Shown: positions 23,742 to 34,441, numbered from the stretch's first letter. The stretch is DNA of 64,000 nt from an uncultured Nitrososphaeraceae archaeon (GCA_963825865.1 CAWGVG010000007.1:1-64000), one strand, 5' to 3'. Numbers and translations are program-made. The notes: generated from the letters alone by a model not told the origin.

Positions 23742-25640
23742 TCACATGGAGGTTCTTGCATCACTGTGACCATTTGTACTTTTAGACTTCTTATTTGGAT
23801 TTGTGACGCCAAATTCTTTAGCTAAGATTTCAGTAGGATATCCTGCAATTTGCAAGACTTCACTAACTGTGTTCCATAGACTTTGCTTGTACCATTGAGT
23901 ATCAATATCTGAAGGATTTGTCGACCAGCTTGAACTTGTCTTCTTTAAATTAGAAACAAAGTATTCTATCAACTCGCCTTTAAATTTGCCAAGCGCTTTA
24001 CCAATTGTAGCTGACTGACAGCTCTGAGATTTGTAGTCTTCTGGATTATCTCCAAGCACCTTTGATATTTTCAACAAATCTGCATTTACTATTTTGTTAG
24101 AATCTAAATCAGACATTGCACACCTTAAGTTGGGTACAGGGTCAATATTGTATCTAACAACATTATTTACCAATTGTTTGAATGCATTATTAACAAACTG
24201 GGATCGGTCGCTCTTTTTACCTTCCATGCCAACAATGTCAAGCGTGTCTTTGTTCTTGTCGTTTAATCCATAACCTATATAGTGTTTCTTGCCCTTGCTC
24301 AGAATACAATTAAAATATGTATTTTTAATTCCAAGTTCGATATCCAACTCTCTGTTGAATCTGTCTTGGAATTTTAAAAGAGATTCTGCATCTGGATTGT
24401 CCAAAAATAAGGAGTCCGTATCTCCATAGATAATTTTGAAACCTAACTCTTTAGCAATACTTTGCATTTTGGAAAGTACCTGCCGACCTAGGGCTGTTAC
24501 CAGTTCTGCAACTCTAGGATCATAGTAATCATATCTATTATCTCCAAAAACTCCATATCCACCATTAATTCAGAATCTTTAATGCAAGTTGCTTTGGCTT
24601 GTTTCCCAAGTCCTTTTGCTTTAATCTTTCAGCCCTGAACAATCTTAATTTCCTTGGAAAAGCACCTATCTCCTTCTGGCAAATCCAAGAATCTTTATTT
24701 ACAAATTTGCAATCCTTCAGGAATTTATCATCTAAAGTAACTGATATTTTGGCATTAGGGTCATCCTTGCAACACTTACAGTTGATTGTATCGAATGAAT
24801 AAATTGTAATTTATGCCAACACTAAGGTACAAACTGGTTGCATCCACAACCACAACATTATGGTAGAAATCTTGTTTCGGTTTAAGTACCTCTGCACCTT
24901 TGTATGTTCCACTAAACGAGGTTTTGACAAGTGGCTTGCATTCTTCATTTTTTAATCATTTTATCAAATATTGCACCCCACCATGTTGATAGATTTGTTC
25001 TGCAAACACGTTCAAAATCTAGTTCTGCTATCTGTGAGATTGCATACAATGCATCAAGAACCTCGTAGTTTTCATGCTTTGATAGTTCCATTACCAATTC
25101 AGAATCCCTAAACAGAATATTCTATCTGTTCTTCAATTGGCAAGTTTTTGAAATCTTTACCAGACAAGTTTTTGGTACTTTCCATATCCCAAAAGAACTT
25201 TCGAAACTTCGTCAAGTTTGTGGGTTCTGTAGGCGTTATTGTAAATGGTATCTTGGACCATTACCTTTCCGTAAACATTGCAGAGGTCGATATGCTTTCG
25301 GCCTTTTATATACGGCACACCTTTCTGACTCAAAAGAGACTACAGATTTAACTTCATTTGCAATGCACCTTTTGTGCAGTATTGACAGGTCAGATTTCTC
25401 GGCACTTCCTGCATTGTTCATATGCCCTGTAGAATTCCAGCCCATAGACAAGTCATAATCTATAAGTTTGGCACTTGCATGCTTCAAAAGTCGAATTTCC
25501 GATCCTCCAAAGTCTGACCTTAGCAGCACCTTGCTTTTCCCATGACTGTCTACAAAAGAAGTACTGCTTCAAGCACTTGAGTGACTGGGTCCCATTCGAA
25601 GTCAAATGCAACGTAGTTACCTAAAGTTTCGGCTACCTCT
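23742..25640 (-). CDS. polB: Family B DNA polymerase with 3'-5' exonuclease (several frameshifts; probably fused to the upstream helicase)
   Basis: ExoI VAFDFEW, ExoII GWNS..SDL, motif A VDATSLY, motif B KQLALKIL/NGGYG, motif C YGDTDSLF, KKHY. Confidence 0.9.
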
Positions 25641-25676
25641 GGCAATTTGGCCTGGTTTTGTGAAGAGAGTGAACAA

Positions 25677-25867
25677 ATATCGACTGAACCGACTGATCGA
25701 CTGACGCTAGTGATTTGAGCACGATTCTGGCCATTTTCTGCAGTCGATATGTCAGTCGATATTTGGTTTGTGTCAGATGGCATATCGACTGTAGTATCGA
25801 CTGAAATATCATTAGCGATTTGAGCACGATTCTCGGCTTTCAGTCGGTCAGTCGATATAGTCGATAT
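25677..25867. repeat. Two 105-bp units of inverted (AT)ATCGACTG / CAGTCGATAT repeats flanking a 17-bp core GATTTGAGCACGATTCT; candidate replication origin
   Basis: Core at 25712 and 25817; ten CGACT(G)-type copies, pointing inward around each core. Confidence 0.8.
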
Positions 25868-25922
25868 ATGTTCAGCCTTCTCGTAATTTTGCTTTCTGAT
25901 AATTTCCTGCTGGTACAATATG

Positions 25923-27972
25923 TTATTTCGAGGAGCGGCAGAGGCAGCAATCCGAGCTATCCATATAACCATCGTGTAATCTTTTGATGGTCCATTGCTT
26001 GTTGCTATTATCCACAGAATTCCTTTCAACTATAATTCCAACGCTACGAAGGTCGGCTTTGATAAGGTTAATCCGTCGGCTTAAGCTATTTGGTGCTTGG
26101 GGCCACAGCTTGCCATTGCTTGTCTTAATCTTCAAGTTATCTTGTGCAATTTTTGTCAATAAATCGAGCAGTTCTGTTATAGTTCCATTCCAAAGAGGTG
26201 GTACCTTGCTATCTATGAAAATCTCTATTGCCTTTCCAACGACGTCATTCTCAACTACTTCTCTAGTCTGCAGGTCTATATTCCTAAAGTAGGCTTCGAT
26301 AAATTTGCCAGGTTCATATCCCATAGAGCATGACACAATCTCTCCAACTTCTGCAAAGTCTGCCATTCTAGGATACTCTCTTAATTTGAGGCCGTCGGGG
26401 TTGTCTCTCTGAAACTGCAAAACTCTGGCTAGAATGTCAAAGATGTATCCTAAAAGCTCAGGCCTTATCTCGTAGAACTTTTGCCAAATCTCTTTGAGCA
26501 AACGTTTCTTATATTTTGGAATTGGAGTATGTTCTATGATAAGTCCTCTATCAACGAGGTCCGACTTTGTAGCACCTAGGTTGATTCCATTTATTCCAAT
26601 GCAATGCATGAAATTGTATATGATATCGTCATCATTGCTATACAATTCCCTCTTGGAAAATCCACTGCCTGTTACAGCCCTGCATAGGATGTCAGATATG
26701 GATTCGTAAATTTTTGAAATGTTATCAAAGTAGCAAACGTAATTGTGCGCAAGTTTCTGTATCATGCTTTCAATACTTCTCGAGAATGCCAATGTCTTAA
26801 TCAAACTTGGGTCAACTAGCATCTTGATTAGTTCTTGGAGAGTTGATTTCGCAGTTCCTTTCTCACCATATAGCATTAGTGCAGGGTGTTGGATTTCTGG
26901 ATAAAACAAGGATACTATGTACACCTTGAAAAGGAGCTTGTTATCTTCAGATTCCTTTACATTTGTCAAGTCCATAAAACTGTCAAATATATCCTGTGGA
27001 TATTCCTTCGAAGGATATACCTGTGGTTTTTGGTTTGATGTACCTTCTAAATATCACGGTCGCATATTCTATATTCCAACCTCTACTTGCAGTAATTCTA
27101 ACAACTTGCCAATCTTCGTTAGTCAAATCGTATAAAATTGAAGTGCCCTTATTGACATCATTCTCATCGTCTATTGTTTCCTTTGCTACACGCAAATGGA
27201 GGTCTCTTTGGATTTTGCTAGAAGCGGCCTTTGCCTCAAGTATCCTAATAACGTTGTTTAGGTTTTCTGTATTTAGGGTGTCAGCATCAAGTTCTTCATC
27301 GGCACAACCACCATCATGCAATGCTTTTTTTTCTCCATCATTTCCACCCTCATTATCAAAACATTCATCTACAGTATGTGCCTTGGACTGATTCTTCTCT
27401 TCATCATCACTTGTATCCTTTTGAGCATTTTTACCAATGGTGAAATCATAATAAACATTACAAAGCCAGTTCTTGAACCTTGAACCTTTGATCGGTAATA
27501 CTTCCAAATGGTTGTCAATTTTGACTGCAGCATGGGGCTGTCCCAGATTATCAATAAAAAAATCTTGGCAATGCTGCTTGGCTAATTTCATCGCCAGTAT
27601 TGCGGCAGCTCCTTTACCTGATAGTATCTGAATCTGGGAAGATTCTTTATGGCTTTTGCCGTTCAGTTCTTCGGCCTTGTTGTATAGTAGGTATTGCAAG
27701 TAACCGTTGCTTGCATCCATCAAGAAAAGTAATACTTTGCTAACTGCGTTTTTGGAAAGGCCAGGATACCTTAAGGCTTCCTTTTCAAATGCATCTCTTG
27801 TGTTAGTTAGCTTCTTTGGGTCTATCTGGACAACTACCATTTGCCCTCCTTTGAAATTGACATTTATAATATTGGATTGCCTAACGAATGAGGCAACTCC
27901 TAGAGCTTTAAGTTGTTCATTAACTGGTATGAAGGTAACTGTATCCTTTTTGTCCTTCTCTACCAATTTCAC
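25923..27972 (-). CDS. Mobile-element replication ATPase/helicase (SF3/AAA+-like), frameshifted near 27040
   Basis: Walker A GEKGTAKST, Walker B YFDN, INGIN, DLVDR putative arginine finger, C-terminal wHTH-like WPQAPNSLSRRIN. Confidence 0.8.
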
Positions 27973-28178
27973 AAATCACCTTCAACAATGAAAAGCCCAG
28001 TCCTAGGCTCATAACCTGTAACATGTTTACAAATGCAAGGACCAAAACCGCAGTCTTCACAAAAATAGGGTAAAGATTTATCATTGACTCGAGTATATTG
28101 ATCAGGTCCTTGACTTTGACAAGCATCATAAAAGTAAACTTTATCTTTACGTTGTTGATTATTCTCTAATGTAGTCAT
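27969..28178 (-). CDS. Small Cys-rich zinc-binding protein
   Basis: CEDCGFGPCICKH; stop overlaps the helicase start. Confidence 0.6.
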   Translation of the reverse strand: MTTLENNQQRKDKVYFYDACQSQGPDQYTRVNDKSLPYFCEDCGFGPCICKHVTGYEPRTGLFIVEGDL

Positions 28179-28422
28179 AGTAATTCAACACTTCTGTGGC
28201 TGCGCTTGCATCTGTCTGTTGGTAGGTGAGAGAAGAATTGGTTTGAGGGCCTATCTTCTTCTCAACCTCGTAACTGTGACAAGGACAAATACATCTAACA
28301 ATGAATGTTTTTGTAAAATCTACGTATGAACCAGTGCAACTATCACAAGGACAGAGACACGCAGTAACAGTCGCAATTTGTCTTAAATTTTGAGCTTTTG
28401 CTTCTTTGGCCGTTTGGTCCAA
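28159..28422 (-). CDS. Small Cys-rich protein
   Basis: CLCPCDSC...CICPCH. Confidence 0.6.
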   Translation of the reverse strand: MDQTAKEAKAQNLRQIATVTACLCPCDSCTGSYVDFTKTFIVRCICPCHSYEVEKKIGPQTNSSLTYQQTDASAATEVLNYYDYIRE

Positions 28423-28424
28423 AC

Positions 28425-28607
28425 TTACACGGCATCTCCGTTATGTTTGAAGAAAGTTATAGTAGTCCTGCAGTGCGAACACGTGCATACAAATTGATTC
28501 GTTCCTGTATAAAGCCAAGAATGTCCACAGCGATGGCAAATGACTTGACGCCCTTCCTTCTGGATTATTACTATCCCTTGTATTTTTCCGGGAATAATTT
28601 TGCCCAT
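28425..28607 (-). CDS. Zinc-ribbon protein (archaeal virus/plasmid type)
   Basis: CHRCGHSWLYTG..CTCSHC. Confidence 0.7.
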   Translation of the reverse strand: MGKIIPGKIQGIVIIQKEGRQVICHRCGHSWLYTGTNQFVCTCSHCRTTITFFKHNGDAV

Positions 28608-28615
28608 ACACAGTA

Positions 28616-28644
28616 GTTATATAACACATTAGCGATATGTTATA
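28616..28644. promoter_or_regulatory. Divergent promoter/operator: palindrome GTTATATAAC overlapping TATAACA-N11-TGTTATA
   Basis: Lies in the 61-bp gap between divergent genes 28607(-) and 28669(+). Confidence 0.5.
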
Positions 28645-28668
28645 GGAGATCATTAACGGAGCATTTCA

Positions 28669-30084
28669 TTGAAAACAATCGATACTGGAAAGGACAAAAA
28701 ATTTGTAGACATAGTTTACAAATATGATGCTCTCGGACTTGGATTTAGAGAGCTACAAAGAAAGACTGGCTTCAGTAATGATGGCACTACTTCGCGGATT
28801 AAACGTCTGGTTGAATTTGGTATCTTGGAAAAAGATACACATGGGTACTATCACATAACTAAGAAGACAAAGACCAAATACGAAAATGGAACTATGGTCA
28901 TACCTTCTGATATAAGGAGTGAAAAGCATAAGGATAAAAAAATAAGACGTGAAAATGCATACACAATATTAGTATCCAAAGCAGCAGGTGGGGATTATCG
29001 TTACAGACCTACATTAAAACCACAATACGGTAATTCTTCCATGACTGATGTCAAGACAGGTAAGGATGTAAGTTATTCTGGTTATCATATTCCAGGAGTT
29101 GGACTATCAGACTTTAAAAAAATTAAAGGTCCTGCAACATTAGATAAGAGAATACATGTAGGACAATCAGAATTGTTTGCATACCCAAAAATGGATTTTA
29201 CAGAATCAGAAATACAGCAATATATTTACAATCTAAAACATCGTAAATATCCAGTTCTTAAGGAGATTACAATATTTGATCACAAATTTCTTTCTTATGT
29301 ATTTGATATTGACAATGATAATCCAAATTTAATAACATTGAATCGGGAAGGTCATACTACGGAGGGTGAAGAAGGCAAACCCAAACATAGGTTAGTTGTT
29401 AAACGGGAAAAAGAAGAAGATAAACTACAATTTTATCATGATATTTTCTACAATGAAAATAGTCATCACAATGGCGTAGAGATCTGTTCAAAATTGATAT
29501 TCGATATCAACAATGAAAGGACAATAAAATCATTAGGATTGTATACTCAATACAATAATGATAATAATGATTTTTCAGCCGAGATATGGCGAGAACAGCG
29601 GTACATTATTGCAGATCCCTTATTACAGGAGTTCATTATAACATGCTGGACTATTTTAGGTTTTGTCCTTTTTAGAATGAATGAAACATATGTGTATAAA
29701 CGATGGCCTAAGCACCGAGTGAGAACAGGTAACGGAATTAGAGATATGTCTATCAAAGTTGGTAAGTCATATGTCTATCACTTGTATATTAAATGGTATA
29801 AACGATTATTTGGAACGTACAGATTTACCCAGCATAATTTCTCACAGCTTTTAGCAAGAAAAACGAATTTCGAAAAATTGGATAAAAGTACCCAAAAAGA
29901 GCAACTTACAAATGCAGATGATTTGATAAACTCATATGATAACGGAATAAAGGAAAATTATAAAATCATTATGGGTAACAAATATGTAGCAATACGTGAT
30001 AAATACAAAGATGTGGTGACAGCACTACTGGATATAGTATATCCAATGTTTCTAAGGGAACTACATGAGCAACATAAAATTTAA
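28669..30084 (+). CDS. Large protein with N-terminal winged HTH
   Basis: LGFRELQRKTGFS..RIKRLVEFGILEK..YHIT; intact 471 aa. Confidence 0.75.
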   Translation: MKTIDTGKDKKFVDIVYKYDALGLGFRELQRKTGFSNDGTTSRIKRLVEFGILEKDTHGYYHITKKTKTKYENGTMVIPSDIRSEKHKDKKIRRENAYTILVSKAAGGDYRYRPTLKPQYGNSSMTDVKTGKDVSYSGYHIPGVGLSDFKKIKGPATLDKRIHVGQSELFAYPKMDFTESEIQQYIYNLKHRKYPVLKEITIFDHKFLSYVFDIDNDNPNLITLNREGHTTEGEEGKPKHRLVVKREKEEDKLQFYHDIFYNENSHHNGVEICSKLIFDINNERTIKSLGLYTQYNNDNNDFSAEIWREQRYIIADPLLQEFIITCWTILGFVLFRMNETYVYKRWPKHRVRTGNGIRDMSIKVGKSYVYHLYIKWYKRLFGTYRFTQHNFSQLLARKTNFEKLDKSTQKEQLTNADDLINSYDNGIKENYKIIMGNKYVAIRDKYKDVVTALLDIVYPMFLRELHEQHKI

Positions 30085-30192
30085 TGATGACAAACTACCC
30101 GTTTTATTCTGATTGATTAGTCGTATGTAAGATACATAATTTATCTATCTTGTAACATATCTAAAGCCTAACGACATGGGATAATATTGGCA

Positions 30193-31471
30193 CTAGGCTT
30201 TATTATTATTATTTAGTATACCGGATTTGTATAGCATTTGTGCTGTTTCGTTTAGCTGATTTTGGTTCGTTATACCTCCAAGTGTAGATATCAAAGTTTG
30301 TAATTGTGACTGCATTGTATTGAATTGCTCCTTCATTGTCTTAATTTCTTCATCCTTCTCTTGTAGTTTTCCCCTAATAATGTATTCATTATCTTTACTT
30401 TTTTGTGTAAGCTCTGCAACCTGTTTTCCTAATACGACTTTGTCGTTACTAATTGTTAGTAAATCTACTGCTTTCAAATAATCTTCAAGAACTTCCTTTT
30501 CTTTAGGTTTATAATATGACGCGGATACACCAATATTATGGCCCATAGTTATCTCGACGTTAATAGGCCTCATGACCTGCTCTGCATGACTTTTATAAAA
30601 CTTACGAAATCCATGTGCAGCCTTCCATTCATGACGTTTTGCTCCTTCCTTGAGAGGTTGGCGAATCCCCTGTTCCCATAAAGCACGTTCTAAAAGTCGT
30701 TTCATACCGCTGCTTTTGAGCTTCCTTGGATTTGTTGCCAAACCCCATTTGGCTCCATAATCTACATTAGTTGTCTGCCATATATCACGCATCAACCAGG
30801 ATTCTCCTGTTACCTTTTCACCATAAGATGCACGAAAGTCCATCCAATCCTTGAGTGAACTGTAAGTCTCAGGTGTGATAAAGGAATAATATTCCTCTCT
30901 GTCTCCTGCATAAACTATTAATTTAGCTGCGATAATTTCACCTGAACTATTAGTCATGGGAATTACATGCTTCCACTGTAAGTAATCCCACGAGCCTATT
31001 CTAATCCCTGATGAAACCATTGTGCAAACAATTGGTTTTATTCTCCTATCGGGATATTCAACCAACTTTTGGATTTCTTGTATTGTTGGTGCTCTGTCGT
31101 TAGCGAGCTTTTCCAGCTCTAGGTAAACCACGGGCTATTTTCTTCCAATTTAAGATTATGTCATTCATTTCACAAAATAGCTTGGTTGCTCTATAGTAAT
31201 TAGGAATAGTACATTCTGATATTTCTCTCTTTTTTGACCTTTCAAGTTCATAAGATATGAAGTCTATGAGGGCCTCCTCTGCCCATTGGTAGCTCTCTTT
31301 GGCCTTGAAGAGAAATTCTTTAGCTTGCTCCTCTAAACTGCCTTCAACTCTCAAATAGTCAAGAAATATCCTAAAACGACGCGGGTATTGCCTTCTTGAT
31401 TCAGCCGCTTTTAAAGCATACATAAAGACAGCAATTGGATTCTTTTGTTCTACAGCAACTGACGATGTCAA
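30193..31471 (-). CDS. Tyrosine recombinase/integrase (frameshift near 31110)
   Basis: SSGIRIG (R), AHGFRK (HxxR), MGH..SASYY (H,Y); starts ~60 bp past the tRNA-Arg 3' end. Confidence 0.9.
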
Positions 31472-31528
31472 TTTCCTATTACCACTACTAATAATAAAGT
31501 GGGCTTAAATAAAGGGACAAGATTGACG

Positions 31529-31633
31529 CGGGCTCGAAGGGATTTGAACCCTCGACCTGACGCTTAGGAGGCGTCCGCGCTATCCATTCTACGCCTATTT
31601 TTTTTTCATACTAATAGTCTGCGCCACGAGCCC
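31529..31633 (-). tRNA. tRNA-Arg(CCT) with a 30-nt non-canonical intron at position 15/16 (31589-31618)
   Basis: Acceptor GGGCTCG/CGAGCCC, anticodon arm GACGC-CTCCTAA-GCGTC, T-arm GAGGGTTCAAATCCCTT. Confidence 0.92.
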
Positions 31634-31843
31634 CAATATTTTGAACATTAATAGCGCCATTTTAAGTGTTTATTATGTATGTCTTTAGTAGAACAAACTC
31701 TTGTCGAAATCAAAGTACTTCCTCACCTGTAACTCTATGAGTTCTAAAAAGTAGTTTAAATCCGCAATATACTCGATACCGGAAAGTCGTTGAGCTATCC
31801 CGAACCTAGTTTCGTCAACCACGGGAGCATAACCGTAGTTCAT

Positions 31844-32029
31844 TTATTCTGGTTCTGTCTTTGGCGAACCCATATAAGCAGATCGGCCATGGTCGATGTA
31901 ATCGGAGGATATTATTTCATCAAATATTGTTTCATTTTTGTTATTGTATGCGTCAAAGTAGCGTTGAATAATAGCCTTATTCATTTCAATTTGGGACATT
32001 ATGTCGTTAGTATTCATAGGGGTGATCAC
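31844..32029 (-). pseudogene. SnoaL-like ester cyclase N-terminal fragment
   Basis: NKAIIQRYFDAYN..FDEIISSDYIDH. Confidence 0.65.
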
Positions 32030-32135
32030 TAAAGAAATTGTTAAATAGTTTTACTACGACATCCGGCTGCTCTTCTGCAATATAATGTCCTGAATTTGTA
32101 ACTGTAACACCCCTGAACATTTTGAGCTAATATTT
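32029..32135 (-). pseudogene. Diverged copy of the 3' end of the hydrolase gene at 34454-35500
   Basis: CTAAAGAAATTGTT..GGCTGCTCTTCTG..CCTGAATTTG..ACTGTAACACC..TGAACATTTTGA matches ~34480-34585. Confidence 0.75.
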
Positions 32136-32313
32136 CTTTTCTTTATCGCACAACATAATTGTTGCAAGTTCAGTCATGTACTCTATCCACACTGACCTGA
32201 CACATAATTAATTTTGAAACATAAAAAAAGAAAAAAGCAGGTATATGTTGACCGGCAGTCATTTGTATGTAAATGTACTGTTTTGAAGTAATACCTGTAC
32301 TGTAGGATCAACT

Positions 32314-33591
32314 CTACCAGATTGAGCCATGGCAAAGCAATGAGTTGACATGAACTGCTCGCGCTCCACCAAGCCTATTTTCCCATTTAGGCAACATGTT
32401 ACTTACACAGTTTTCGCCAACCGCATCAATGTATTTGGAGAAAATGAGCCATGGATTGTCAAAACGTCCTACTTGACTTGAAACCTTGCCAAATTGGACT
32501 TCCTGGTTTGCTCTGCCAGCTGCCTTTTCCAAATCAGAAACAAATTCCTTTTGTACTATTACATCATTTCTTGTTCCAAGTCTAGTAAGATGGCCAGCAA
32601 CAATTGTGTCAAAGTCATAGTTGTTTAAGGTTATGTCATGAGCTTTGATAAAGCCTGCAGTATCTTTAGCTATTGCCAAATAAGGAAATGGAACCCATCC
32701 AGGAAATATGACATCAACTAACATGAGTACCTTTTGTTTTGGAGCATAAATGAATATATTTCCAGCTAGATGGTTAACGCCATAGTAGTCTAACTTTAGA
32801 CTTTGATTTCCAATCTGCAAGGTGTAGTTCTTGGCAAAAGTAACTGTAGGAATTGGTGGTACCATGGAAGCATTCTTGGCTACACTTTTGGCTCTTTGTA
32901 ACTCAGCTGCAGTTTCTTGTTGAGCTATAAAAGTAGCATTCTTTGGGAATATCCCTGCGGCACCTATATGATCTATATGAGCATGACTGTAAATCACATA
33001 AGTAACTGGCTTGTCTGTCACTTCTGCTATGGCTTTGAGATAGTTATTGCCAATTGTTGGAGGAGCATCAACTGCTACAACACCTTTGTCTGTTACCATA
33101 AATATAGTCTGGTAAGCTCCATCAGTTAGCCAATAAAGACCACCCTTAATTTGCTGAACTAGATATCCTTTAGCAGGTATTGGAGGTCCTTTTGTTGCTT
33201 CAGGTAGTTGGATATTAGCACCAGTAGCACTACTATTACTAGACTGCTTTATTGCTTGGGATGCGAATTTAAGATATGCTGTCTCTTCATCTTCTTGAAC
33301 TAGAGCATTTGAACTTTGAATACCAATGAGCTGTTGTTGTTGTGCCATTGCAGTATGATTTTGGTTTAATACTGGTGTAAAAACAAACAATATGCTAATT
33401 GTAATAATGCCAATCATAAGAAACGTTGTCTCAGGTATATGATGTGAGGAAGCATGGAATGTGGGTTTATCTTTCCCGACCATTACAGAATCTGGTCCTA
33501 GGTTTGTTATAAAAGTATAGCCTTGCATTGTACCAATCACTATTATGGTTACGAATTTTTCTCGATACTCAATACGTGGCAGACTAATCAA
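32314..33591 (-). CDS. Secreted or membrane-anchored metallo-beta-lactamase-fold hydrolase
   Basis: YSHAHIDHIG, VDAPP, VAGH; N-terminal TM segment; start and 3' end uncertain. Confidence 0.88.
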   Translation of the reverse strand: MISLPRIEYREKFVTIIVIGTMQGYTFITNLGPDSVMVGKDKPTFHASSHHIPETTFLMIGIITISILFVFTPVLNQNHTAMAQQQQLIGIQSSNALVQEDEETAYLKFASQAIKQSSNSSATGANIQLPEATKGPPIPAKGYLVQQIKGGLYWLTDGAYQTIFMVTDKGVVAVDAPPTIGNNYLKAIAEVTDKPVTYVIYSHAHIDHIGAAGIFPKNATFIAQQETAAELQRAKSVAKNASMVPPIPTVTFAKNYTLQIGNQSLKLDYYGVNHLAGNIFIYAPKQKVLMLVDVIFPGWVPFPYLAIAKDTAGFIKAHDITLNNYDFDTIVAGHLTRLGTRNDVIVQKEFVSDLEKAAGRANQEVQFGKVSSQVGRFDNPWLIFSKYIDAVGENCVSNMLPKWENRLGGARAVHVNSLLCHGSIW

Positions 33592-33634
33592 TATTACTGC
33601 AAATACTAAATCAGATATTCAATGTTTAAGTGTC

Positions 33635-34441
33635 TTAAACACAATTACAACAACCTTTGCATATTTGGGTCATTAAGGTGTCAACAATCAAAGGCGCGCC
33701 AACGGGCAAGCTTTGTACTCCATATACCAACCGAACATGGCCGGCCTTTGGCCCAAAGATCTGAACAAACAAGTTTGACGCTCCATCCGCCACGGATGCG
33801 TGTTCAGCAAATTGCTCCGTCGTTGCCATCAGCACCGTCAACTTGAGCAGCGCTTTCAGCCGATCGAGGGGGGGCGGAGTGTCAACTATGCCAGGCGAGA
33901 TTGTGTTCACCCGAATACCGTCAGCCAGGAATTCCATCGCCAATGCGCGGTTAAACACCGGAATGGTGGACTTCGTGAGCACAGGGAGCGAAATCGCTGC
34001 GCCGGCCAACGGCTGATCCGTCAAAACCGTCGAGATGCCTACGATATGGCCGGACTTCTGTTTGCTCATTTGCGCGGCCACTTTTTGCGTGATGAAAAAG
34101 TAACCCGCAACGTTTGTGCCAATCATCAACTCAAAGTCCGCCGGCGTATAGTCGGTGAACGGCTTATTAATGTAGATGCCCGCGTTGTTGACCAGGAGTT
34201 CAATGCGGTCAAAGTGTTTGATGGCGGCATCGGCCACTTTTATGGAGTCCTTTTTGCCAATGTCCCAGTCCACAAGAATGAGGTCGGATGAGGGTTTCAA
34301 ATCTTTCGATTTGCTGATGTTGCGCGAGTTGGCGATCACACGATAACCGTGTTGGAGCAGCGCTTGGGTGATGCCGAAGCCGATACCGCTGGAAGCGCCG
34401 GTGACAATGGCTACTTGTTTTTCGGTGATAGTTGTATTCAT
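33635..34441 (-). CDS. Chimeric ORF: short-chain dehydrogenase (truncated) fused to a RidA/YjgF-like C-terminus; GC-rich
   Basis: TGASSGIG, LVNNAG, VNTISPG then VADGASNLF..HVRLVYGVQSLPVGAP. Confidence 0.8.
   Translation of the reverse strand: MNTTITEKQVAIVTGASSGIGFGITQALLQHGYRVIANSRNISKSKDLKPSSDLILVDWDIGKKDSIKVADAAIKHFDRIELLVNNAGIYINKPFTDYTPADFELMIGTNVAGYFFITQKVAAQMSKQKSGHIVGISTVLTDQPLAGAAISLPVLTKSTIPVFNRALAMEFLADGIRVNTISPGIVDTPPPLDRLKALLKLTVLMATTEQFAEHASVADGASNLFVQIFGPKAGHVRLVYGVQSLPVGAPLIVDTLMTQICKGCCNCV

Larger units (their letters stand above)
21402..31528 (-). mobile_element. Integrated element at tRNA-Arg(CCT) carrying a replication module; left boundary unresolved
   Basis: tRNA-integrase-wHTH/Zn-ribbon switch-helicase-PolB-SSB-primase order; no second att copy seen. 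Confidence 0.75.

Noticed and set aside
25677-25867. CRISPR array
   Set aside because: Only two units, with short inverted repeats inside an open frame, no unique spacers and no cas genes.
22101-31471. Casposon
   Set aside because: No Cas1 and no terminal inverted repeats seen; the element has a tyrosine integrase and its own primase.
23742-31471. Programmed ribosomal frameshifting in the element genes
   Set aside because: Cannot be separated from the window-wide indel noise, and no consistent slippery-site pattern was seen.
1-31528. Second att copy (tRNA-Arg CCT 3' end) marking the left boundary of element 1
   Set aside because: No repeat of GGGCTCGAAGGGATTTGAACC found by eye; it may be outside the window or lost, and needs a string search.
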